Below the pieces are notes generated by a model. The model saw only the letters and a program-made list of their open reading frames with translations. It had not been told where the DNA came from and made no database searches. This document shows positions 1 to 10,418 of a stretch of 64,000 bases of DNA, piece by piece. The stretch's first letter is position 1; every line of letters starts with the position of its first letter. The position numbers were made by a program, and so were the translations under genes. The stretch is from Zygnema circumcarinatum SAG 698-1b (taxonomy: Eukaryota; Plantae; Zygnematophyceae), in contig CM074804.1 of the NCBI GenBank assembly GCA_037447605.1, forward strand, positions 7,789,909-7,853,908, in the 5' to 3' direction.

Positions 1-96
1 TGCAAGACAAGCCGATTCAATCCAGCAATATCTAGTGACGAATCCACAGTAAACCTCCAGCGAACGTTCCAGTCTTGGTTGTCATGTCAATTCTTC

Positions 97-1253
97 ACCT
101 CAAAAATCTTACTCGGTTGCTCGTTTTTTACGCAAGCCTCCAGCAAAATGAGCAAGTTGACCGAAGCCATATCCTCCAAGTTCGAGTCCATCATGGCCAC
201 CAACTCCTCATCACTTTTGGCAGCTAGAACCTCTAATTGCAACCTTCCAGCCAATCCTGTATTATCATCCGCAAGCCGGAACGACTCAGGTCCCTCGCGA
301 CCTCTGTGCAAATTCCTTGCTTCTAGTTTTGGCCATTTCTTGCGTTTCTTTTCCAAGGCCAGATCCTGTGCCTCTCCTTCACTCTTCAAACTTTCCCAAG
401 GTGCTGCGCCAGCTGCCGAACTCTTTCTGCCAGGCCTTTCCAAGAATTCATGGCGGCTCCAAGTGGAGTTTTCTTGCAGGCCTGGCCTTGTTGCTTCTGC
501 AAGGGACTTGCCGTCAACTCCTTCCTCAGAGTCTGCCTTGCTGACTTCCAAACTCTCCGAATGACACCCTGAATTGTTGTTTGGCAAGTCGGCCCAGTTG
601 GAGTGACTGAAAGTATCATCTAGTTCTATAATTTTTTCCGCTATTCTCCTACTTCCTGCTTCTGTACGCTCTAGACGTCGAACCAAGCTCGTATCCTCTC
701 TGTCCGTTGCATCATCGTTGCAGGTACTCGGCAATAAACCATCGCTTTCATATTCCTTCCTCACAAACTTCCCCTGCAACCTCCGACCTTCAGCTGACGT
801 CCGTGATCTCCTCAATTCCGCAGCTCCTGCTATGTGCACCACAGACTTTTCATTCAGACCTGTGAAGGATGAGCTCGGCACGCTGCGAACACGCTCTGCT
901 CCTGCATGACTCTGCGGAGGAACAATGCAGGAAAAAAACTGTCTGGTCTGCTGCCTTCCCTGTACAAACGCCATAGCCGGACAGGGGCAGTCCATTCAGC
1001 AGGCAATGGAGTATGGGCTCATGAATTAGGATCAGGAAACTTTTTTCCCGTAAAGGAGCTTCTTCTTTCAGCTGTGTCCATGGCCCCAAAGCAGCCATGC
1101 GTACTGCATGCACAGCGGAACCAAGTGCCGGAGCAGGACTCCCCCTCCATGGCGGCCACCCGCTCCCTTCAGAACCTCCCCTTGCTGCATTTCTCCTCCG
1201 GAAAGGGACCTTCCTCTCATAAGGGAACAAGGAGTGAAAATATTTACAGACAT
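97..1253 (-). CDS. 5' part of an unidentified gene (possibly organelle-targeted, helical-repeat/PPR-like); continues beyond the left edge
   Basis: The long frame 87..995 has a strong acceptor (ttttttcctgcattgttcctccgcag|AGT) at 911 and candidate donors near 97-106. A candidate first exon 1253..1122 (MSVNIFTPCSLMRGRSLSGG...) splices in phase 0. The end of the exon (LVAMMDSNLEDMASVNLLILLEACVKNEQPSKIFE) looks helical-repeat-like, but no family is recognised. Confidence 0.45.
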
Positions 1254-1283
1254 GTTTCCTTCTGTCTTTGTGTGTGTTCGTAC

Positions 1284-1537
1284 TAGCGTTGAGGGCACAC
1301 GGACATGCCCGGAGCACGGTTCACACGGCCGTACCATTCACTTCATACAGTACTGTACTGTACTGTACGTACTTCCAATCGTACCGTTCATACATTCTGC
1401 AGGTGTCTCCGTACTGTAACTGGTCCAATTTTAACTGTTCTATGTGGTCAAGTCATGGGTCACGACAAGCGGCATGCCCCCCGGGGGGCACGTGCCCCGG
1501 GGCACGGATTGGGCCGGGACCGTGCTCTCCAACCCTA
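1284..1537. mobile_element. Degenerate copy of the hAT-type MITE family seen at 17704-18134
   Basis: Ends tagcgttgagggcac... and ...ccgtgctctccaacccta resemble the TIR tagggttgggggcacgg. It shares the subterminal block gcatgcccccc-ggggggcacgtgcccc-gggcacgg. No intact TSD is visible. Confidence 0.7.
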
Positions 1538-4500
1538 GAGCGTCTGTCTGGCAGATATTTACTCTATTTTAAAATTTTAAAAAATGGCGCGTTTCTTTGG
1601 ATAGCCTGCTCGGATAAGCGTGGCGGAACGGGACTGTGTGATGTTATGTCGCAACGGCTCCAAACGCTACAGCTAACGCTAGGCGGGTGCAAATCCAACA
1701 GCAATCACAGTCCACATGAGCCAATCACAATTCGCCACGTAGAACAGTATGCTGACCAGGCAGGCCTTCTGGCTGATGTCATCGGAGGTCCTCTCTATTG
1801 TAACGACACAAGAGGGCCAATGGTTGCTACCATTCCATTGGATCCAATGGTTGGCTGGATCGGAACCAACGGTTTGCAAATCGCGACCATTCCAATGGTT
1901 GATCCAACCCATGGTCCGTCCAGCCCTTGGCCCGAAACGTTTTCGGCTGCCCTGTCCGCGAAGCAAACGTCCGCGATTGGGCGAGCGTTGACCGGGCAGC
2001 TCAATTTGGCAATGGGCAGATTTAAAATAGTTTTTGCTGCCTTCTAGCGAATTAATCGTCCGCGATTGGGCGAGCGGCGGCCGGGCAGCTAAAATTCTTT
2101 CTGGTCCTCCGTCGCCGCGCGATTGCGACCAGGTGCAGCCCCCCTACGGCGGCGCGACCCGTCACGTCGCGCACACCGTACGGTAGTATTCTCCACGGCG
2201 GTGGCGCCACCTATCCGTCCGTACAGTTCTATCCACATGGAAGATGAGGCAGGCGCACGGCCTACCGTTTGGGCCACACATTTCCTCTCCGGGCAGCTCG
2301 CGGCCAAACTTGAGCTCGCCCAATAGTGGACGCTTGCGTCGCGCATAGGGCAGCCGAAACCATTTCGGGACTGCCCGGGGCCCTCCCCAAAGGCCTCGCC
2401 CCGCGGCCCAGTCTATCGTTTCTCCCTCCCTCACTCACCAACCACCCGTTCTTTCTCTCTCTCGCACTCTCTCTCTCTTCTCTCTCTCTCTCTCTCTCCT
2501 CCTGCTCATCCATGGCCGTGCAAGATGTTGCCAAGGCTTTCTGCGCCTTCTGGCTGCAGTTGATGCACCTGCTCGCAGCGGCGTTGGGCGGCGGGTTGAA
2601 GGCTACTGTAGCCGCCCGCCCGCAGCTGGAAGACCTTTTTTTCGTCTGTTGCAGCGTCTTTTGGCAGGCGGTGGTTGTCATGGCGGTGCTTGGAAGAACA
2701 GGCTTCTGGTTCTGCTTCTGGGTTTTTGTTTTTTTGCTTCTTCTGGCTTCTGGTTTTTCAGCGGTTTTCCGCGCAGGAAAACCGCTGAAAACCAGAAGCC
2801 TCTCCATCCCATGTGGACGGATCCGAGAGGCATTTTTTTGCCATCTAAGGATGGCCGTTGCTTGAAGTGTCCTCTTTGTCCTTAAAGCTTGTGGCAATGG
2901 CAATGGTTGAGACAGGTTGTGAAAATAGAGTAGGAGGAAATAAGGCAATTTTTTTTGGTTGGATAGAAGTGTGGCCCCCTCCAGAAGCATGTCGTGCATT
3001 TTATGGTTTTTGTTTCGAATTGAAGCATAAAGTGACAAGTGTCATCCTCTGTAGCGGTCCACAGTCCTTGAGTCCACATAGCACGTAGCAGAATAACCGT
3101 GTCAAGAATTGTCAGATGTAATTTTGTTCACTTAAAATGCCGTCGTTTTTGACAAAAAAGTTTTTTTTTTCTGTTGTATTGCTCTTTGTGGCATAGTGGT
3201 AGTAGTGACGATGATGATGATGATGATCAAGGGGTTTATCTATCTCAAAATCATTATGTGAACTTGAGCTTGAGCTTGAGCATGGACTGCTTGGACATGG
3301 CTTCTGTTGCAGTGCAGGCACGGGCACCATGGAGCGAGAGAGGGATAGGGAAGGTAGAAGGCGTGGAGAGAAGAGGGAGGGTGGCAGTCGTGGGCTGTGC
3401 TGAAAGGTTAGGGCAGAAAGCGGTGGAAAGTTAGGGCGAAGCTGGAGCAGGGTGGAGGATGATGCTGGAATGTGGCACAGTGGGACGCTACAATCAGAAA
3501 GTGCGATGGGTAGAAGCCAGTAGTGTTTATTTCTTTCTTTTTTTTTTGTCAGTGTGCCTTTCTGACCTGCTTGTACAGCACCTTTTTGCAATGCTGTAAG
3601 CATCCACGTGAAAGCTTGGCATACCAAGAACAGCGTCTCCCCCACTAAGATGTTTACGTAGTCTGGATTTAGCTGTTTGAGGTAAGCTGCGTGTTCCTTA
3701 ATTTGGTAATGCTGAATCTTCTGTTTGCCGGACGCAGGTGGTGTAGAAGCTCTAAGTAGCGGAACGGGCAATGTAGCTGCAAAGATTGACGTGAGCGAAA
3801 AGGTTTTGGCTTTGGAGCGTCTAAACCCTCCCCCCCCCCGAAACCCGCACCGTGCGGATCTTTCCAATCCCCCGCACATGTCATCCTGCTTTTCTTTTCT
3901 ATCGCTTCGTCGTGTGGAGAGTAAGCAAGCAAGCATGGCTGGATTGTCGTCAATCTGCTGTGGTATAAAGATAAAGTCGCAGTTTTCATACTGTTTGTAT
4001 GCCTTCCGCCATTGTTGTTCCTGGCGAGAGGCAAGAGCAATGCTGTAACTGGCTTATGTTCCCAGAGACTCGTCGATCGTGAATCTAGAAGCTTGAGCCT
4101 CGGACTAGTGGATTCTTGATGTTTTATAACTCTAATCTTCATTTATGGACTCTGAAGGTCCACTGTTGTGAAGGCATCTGGATTTTTTTTTTGCGTCTGC
4201 AGCAGGCACTGCATTCTTGTACACTTTGAAGCAAGTTTTGACCGTTATCATGACTCTGAATATTGCAATATCAACAGAAGATGAGAAACAGTCGGCCTTC
4301 TCCCTCGGTATACAGCTGAAATGCACGTGCTAGGTGACTGTCTGCTTGCTGAATTTGGGAGTTCTTCCACGGCAGGTCTCCCCTGCTTGAGGGGGTATGG
4401 GAGGGAGGTCGTCTAGGGGGCAGGGGGGACGGAGCCCCGGCCTAGCTGCTGCCCGTGTTCTTCTCTACTGAGCACCTCCTTCTTTGTTTTTTAACAATAC

Positions 4501-5694
4501 TGAAGCACCTGAATATCATTCTTCAATAATGCCATACTGTGGAACAGTTCTTCTTTTGTGAGGGCCGCAGAAGCCCGTCCTCTTGGGGTCCTGATCAAGC
4601 ACTGACTTTGCTTCAACAAACCTACCAGCTCTGTGTATTCAGTTCTTCAGAACTTGTACAGATATACTTCGTCAAGGCTATTGAATGTCAAAGCTGAAGT
4701 AGATTTTATATTCTTGTGCAGAAGTGCAATGCCCATTTTGGCTTATTCTTTAATTTCACTGGGTTGGAACAGGATCGTCCCAGAGCAGATGGCATCACTG
4801 AGCTCACTGACAGTGGAGATCCTCCCAGGTGGCACAAAGGACACTGCTTCTCTCAAATTGCTTGGTGCAGTGAGGAGAGGACCTCCTCCCATTTATCTAT
4901 AAAACTACTGCTGGCCTCGAAATAACTATTGGTCGGTTGGTCGAAATAACTATATAAATATTGGTTTGTTTGAATCAATTAGAAAGTCATTCCGAAAATT
5001 TGTCGTTTACGGGACATTGAGCGATACTCTGTCAGAAGAGGAAGTCTTCAGTCAGAGGACGTAAGAGTTCTATTTTTCTCTCTTTTTTTTTTTTTTTTTT
5101 CCATGTGTCACAAACTGTTTGAGATTGATCCTTGGTATTATTTTGAACTAGGCAATCATGCAACTACCATGCAAGCAAGCATTGTATCTGATCTCATTGG
5201 GGAAGCGAATGAAATGGCAGTGATCCAACAATGCCGATGCCATCGAATTTACATGACAAGGACGACATATGCATTCATCATACAAGTGTCCCCTTTCCAC
5301 TTGTCCTTTGTGCTCGGGCTTGTCCTTACTAATGACTGCAATGCGTTCATTGCAAGATGTTCAGTACAAGGGATTAACTGTACAGGTGTGAGGCCTGAAG
5401 TTTGTGTCCTATACAATCCTTCTTCCCTCGTCCACTGCAGACCGCTGGCAGAGCAGCAGCCAGCCTTGGCCTTAACCTTAGCCTTAGCCATCTCCTTAGC
5501 CTTAGTTTACAAATAGCTCCAACAAGGGCATCTATGGCCCTAACTTACGTCCTCTTTCGTTCTATTTACCGAACACGTTCACAGTAACAGGCTACAGAAG
5601 ACAAGGTGTTGCCCCTCAATACACAGATTACATACAGGGAGGAGCAGCAGCTCTCTCAGTTCCGCCATTACATGAAGTTCAGGCGGACACCAGC

Positions 5695-8232
5695 TTAAAG
5701 CAGCGGCACGGGAGGCTCTGCACCGCGGAGGTCCTTTAATGTGGCCTGCAGAAGAGAAGGGGCAGCGAGGTTAGATCAAGAATCGCCCAAGAAACACAAG
5801 CAACAATATCATGTGAAATCGAATTCGTTCTAACCAGAGTGTGGATTCAGACTGGCTCTCGCAGACAGGCTCTTCTAATTGTAAAAATGTGAAAACAAGG
5901 ATGAGTGACAAGAGCGAACAGAGGGTCAACGAGGAGGCCACCTGCAGGTAGCTATTGGAGGGATCTACCCCCGGCAACGTCTCAAAGAGAGAATGGACGA
6001 AGTTTTTGTCCCATAGTAGCGTTCGAATATCATCACCGACCTGCAAAATCGAGCAAACGAGCAATCCATACATCAACAATCATGTATCGCCCTTACGGCA
6101 AGCTTAAACCACAGCTTCTCTTACATTGCTGATATGTCAAACGAGTTCGACTCCTCCTTCACCTCTCAATAAAACGAATACCTTGAACAAGTCTTAGCAA
6201 AATGCATGATGGAAAAAACCCACTCTTAACGATCTCTAATCATGTTTGCAAGCTCATACCCCAATGAACCAAAAAGTGTACCTTGTTAACTGCCCCAGCT
6301 GGCGAGCGAGTGCCCACAGTCGGTTCCTTTGAAGGGATCCACGCGATACCTCCAACTTTAGGAGGTTGGATCCACATGCCGGTGCTCCTAATTCTTGCTT
6401 CCGTTGAACTGCCCAAGCGCCGGCGGATGGAGCGCATGCTCTCTCCGCTCTGAGTTCTAGACTCACCACGCAAGTCATGCTGCTCTGCCAGGTGAAGGAG
6501 ATTTCCAACCAATAACTGCCCAGAAAGAGTCCGCAAAGGTTTTACGAGAGCGGTTAGTAGCATGAGAACCTTACTGTGATCAGAGTTCAGCATCCCCAGA
6601 TGCATCACGCTATCCTTTACAAAATTGAACCAGCACAATGTGCGTCAAATAAAGGCTTTCATATCACTGTTCGGCAGAACAATTATGAGAATCTTTTCTC
6701 CAGTAGCTTGATTTGTTGGACACAACTACGACCTGACAACAAGGCAGGAAGCAGACCTGCACATGACATATGTCTCCCATTTGTTAGAACTATGATGACA
6801 TCGCGATCAACTAACTAAGGAACACTCACGGTTGTAATAAACAAATCTTCTTCATGCGTCATATCCGTCATTTCAACTTCAGCTCGAAGTTCCCCTTGAC
6901 CATCTTCTCCCACTGCGTCCTCGACCCCTTCCCAGCCATCTTCATCAATAACATCATCCTCACAGTCACCAGCCCCTTCATCTGAAGCAAGACCGGAAAG
7001 CTCATCGAAATTGAACGTGTTAAATGTGGCCTCGTCAAACTCATGCTCATCAACTAATTGTTGACCTTCCCTGCCTGTCTGTATCACATCCTCGCCAACA
7101 ACCCCCTCTTCCTTATCCACAGTATTCAATCTACTGAAGTCTTCTTCGACGGTAATCTCTGCAATCTCGTTGGCTGCAAGAAATGGTGACGCCACACCAC
7201 AAACAGCCCCTAAGTCTTCACTATTTTCTTCAGACTTGCCTACATCCTGCCCCTCATGCCTGCATACGAGTGGCAGCTGCTGGGACACTGGACTGAACAC
7301 TTCCTCATCGTCAGAACTCTCCCCACTGCTCCACCTCGGAGAGAGTGAGTCGTCTCCATCGTTACTGGAACCGTCTCCACAAGGACGGTAGTCAAAGAAA
7401 CTGGCGAGAGGAAACGGCTGAGGTACATCCCAGACATTATGGACCCTGCTCCATTCACTTGCTTCAGTAGGGGAAGAAAGAGAGGAGTCAGCTTGTGAAC
7501 CATCTGTAAAGCTGCCCTCAGTATTGTCATTGTCCATTCTCCTCCAATCACCATGAAGAACGTCTTTCGGCACTTCCACACTTGCAACCTGCATTAGCAA
7601 CGGTGTTGTTGAGAGATATGATTCCCATACATAAAGACAGCGACTTTAATACTCGTGGATGATAGCAAAGTGCACCTGAATTAGACAGGCGCCTAATTCC
7701 GAAAACATTCAGCGTATAAAATGGTCAAAATGCTGCACTTTGTTTCTACGACCGCCTGCTTAAAGCGGAAACTTAATCCTTGAAATGCATTCAAAAGGTC
7801 TCTGATACAGTTTGCCCAACTTTTGCAGCACCTCAGAGCAGCTTCATAACGCTACCTTGATAACACCATCTTCTGGCTTCATCGATGACCCTCTTGAAAT
7901 CCCTCCACCACTGATTTCACAAGTATCCGGCTCCACTCCATGCAACGCCTCATAGGTCAATCCGGAGAAAGACTCAGCGACTGCACACAAAGCGTTTCAG
8001 GCATAACCTCAAGAATGAGTGTTCTTGAGGGAAATAGACGCTGAAATAGTTGCCAGAAAACCTATTAAATTGTTGTGTTTCTAACATAAACTGAAACCCT
8101 GAGTCCAGCATGACCTCCAAAAGTCCCCCCTTGCACGAATTAAGAAGAAAATAAGCCAAACTTCAATTCAACTGAAACAGAATCAGCTTCATCAAGCATA
8201 AAGAGGTCCCAAAGCAGCATACCTCCAGCCAT
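5695..8232 (-). CDS. ~425-aa acidic, low-complexity protein with a C-terminal RPN10/PSMD4-like LPGVDP module
   Basis: Traced exons, all GT-AG and phase-consistent: 8232-8223, 7980-7856, 7588-6830, 6515-6282, 6040-5942, 5745-5695 (1278 nt). C-terminus: VGDDIRTLLWDKNFVHSLFETLPGVDPSNSYLQ|ATLKDLRGAEPPVPLL*. Confidence 0.7.
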
Positions 8233-8562
8233 GGTGGACCTTCAGGAAACAGAGGCTCCGCCCAGCAGCATCAGCGAGAGGGAGCCGACGAGGGTACTGA
8301 CTGCACATGCAATTCCTTCCTCTCCATCAGTCTGAAAAGCAGAGAAATGTTGAATGACTGCTGTTTGTACTCAGTACTTAGTACTCTCACGACCGACCGC
8401 AGTGACAAACATAATTATTGCTATGCAATTCCAATAAGTTGAAAAAGGAGGCTCGACTGGATGAGATAGTCCCACGCTGTAAATAATTTACAGAGGAAAT
8501 CCGTACTCCGGGACAAGTTCCAATAATGTTACATTATTGAGCGTGATAGTTCCGTCCCTAAT

Positions 8563-8842
8563 AGGGGGAGTCAGACCTTGACCATCGCTTACGAAATTCC
8601 CGAATTCCTTATACTAAAAGTCAATGTTTCGTGTACGAATTCCGGGTCGGGATCCGCGGCTCCGCAGTACCCAGCCGTACCGAAATGCGTACCTAGCCAA
8701 TGCATAATTCGCCCGATAGGCTTACGCAATTGATTTAGCGATGGTCAAGGTCTGACTCCCAGGAATTCGTACACGAAACTTTGACTTTTAGTATAAGGAA
8801 TTCAGGAATTTCGTAAGCGTTGGCCAAGGTCTGACTCCCCCT
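8563..8842. mobile_element. 280-bp MITE with ~80-bp terminal inverted repeats (family A)
   Basis: Left end agggggagtcagaccttgacca...gtgtacgaattcc is the near-perfect reverse complement of the right end ggaattcgtacac...ggtctgactccccct. Flanks fit either an AAT 3-bp TSD or a TA TSD. A split homolog lies at 56763-56813 + 58174-58310. Confidence 0.85.
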
Positions 8843-10418
8843 AATGTTTGTTCTCCCGCTCGGTGCGCTGCTGAATGGCGCCTTGTTGGTGATGCTCTCT
8901 CGTCGCCTTACGCTGCTTTCGGGAAGGACTGGGCGACAATACAGTCCTGGAGAATGAATGAATTCACATGAATTCTCTTAACTCCACAGTGGTCTATGGG
9001 TTATTCTTACTGTTTCTTGAAGCCATCATTGGATGCTCATCTTCATTGGTACTCAACCAGTTTAGTCGAGGTCTGAAGCCGTCTGTGTCCTAGACTAGTA
9101 AGCTGTTGTGCCTGTCTCTTTCAAAGGGAATTTGAGATGCAAACAGATGGATCTGTACTTTGATTTGAGTGATTTTTTTACCAAGGAGCGCATAGACGAG
9201 CCTTTTTTTTTTCGCAACCTCTTTTCACGTTGCCTGTCACCAGGATGTGTTCATAATGGCATGTGCTCTTCTTTTTGCTAGCGAATGTTCATACTTTGTT
9301 TGATATATCTTTGTTTGGGCAGAAAAGTGCTGGTTTGAAAAACTTAGGAATACAAAGGTATCTGGCTTGTCTGAGTCTCTTCATCTTGTGTTGCCCTAAT
9401 TTAGTCACGGAGCATTCTAACACCTAATTATTGTTTTAATAAGATCCTTCGGCAAACTGAAATTTTTTCATGCTGCAAATGTAGAATGGACGGTAGTCAG
9501 AGGCATGTTCCGACTTGTTATGAAGATTCAGGCAAAAGGACACATATCTTGAAGCGCTCTCTGTGTGTTTATGAAGGTGATAGCGAGGTCTCCAAACCAT
9601 TGTTTGGTCTTCCATTTGCTTGGATGTCGTGGAGGCGAAAGGTCACTACAGGCTCAATGGTTCTCCCTTTACCTCTATGTTTCGTGTGCTGTGTGTCGCC
9701 GCTCTTAATCCCCCTCCCTCCCTATCGCTCTTCCCTTCAATGCAGCCTCTCTCTCTCTCTCCCTTCCATGCAGCCGCTCTCCCTCTCTCCCTTTTATGCA
9801 GCCTCTCCCTCTCTCTGTGTTCCATGCAGCCTTTCCAGTAGCAAATTAGAAAGGAAGGTATTCAAGTTCGCTTTCGCGCTATGGTTTTTCCCCGCACTAC
9901 CTTCTCTTGCATTTCAAAGTGCCCCAAAGACGAGTTGTCCATAGGCTCCATTGGCATTTCAGAAATGTATGGATGCAGTTTATGTGTGATGTGTGTATAC
10001 CTGTAGTCTCCACATCACCTTTCTGGCAAAAGAGGACGATTTTCCTGTTCTTACTTGATATGATATCCTTCGTTGTTCTGAACAGGCACTGAACAGTACG
10101 TGTAGATGCTCGGCTATGAATGGGCTCGAGATTGGTAGCAGTCAGTACCCGCGGCTTTGGGAAGGAGTGAGGCTGAGTAACGGCGAGCTCGTTAAAAAGG
10201 AACTGAGTCCAACAGTTCCCTGGTTACAGTATCATTCTAAAAAAGAGAAAGTACAAAGGAACAGTCTGCCTACCTGCAGTCTACCTAAGCATAAGAGCTA
10301 CGTACAGGTTGCACTGAATGGTACCCGAGCAGGACTACTGCTCTCTCTCTATAAAGCGAAAACTCACTTAGCCACTTCCCTTCCCCAACTTTTCCTACAA
10401 ATTCTGCTATAAGGGCAA

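Noticed and set aside
79-564. Plus-strand ORFs overlapping the first gene (and similar antisense ORFs over CHK, LEA_2, HEATR5 and KPNB1, e.g. 20311-21183, 47393-49201, 49523-50125)
   Set aside because: They are shadow frames of real coding exons on the opposite strand or frame.
1268-2047. 259-aa ORF spanning the MITE and CCAAT region (also 17335-17834, 55488-55997 and 56041-56592)
   Set aside because: These run through GC-rich transposon or repeat sequence and have no transposase or other motif.
2511-2865. MAVQDVAKAF resembles the NTF2 N-terminus
   Set aside because: The similarity stops after ~10 residues and no downstream NTF2 exons could be found.
3112-3936. 274-aa minus-strand ORF
   Set aside because: It is low-complexity, crosses microsatellites and poly-A/T runs, and has no recognisable domain; likely a chance ORF.
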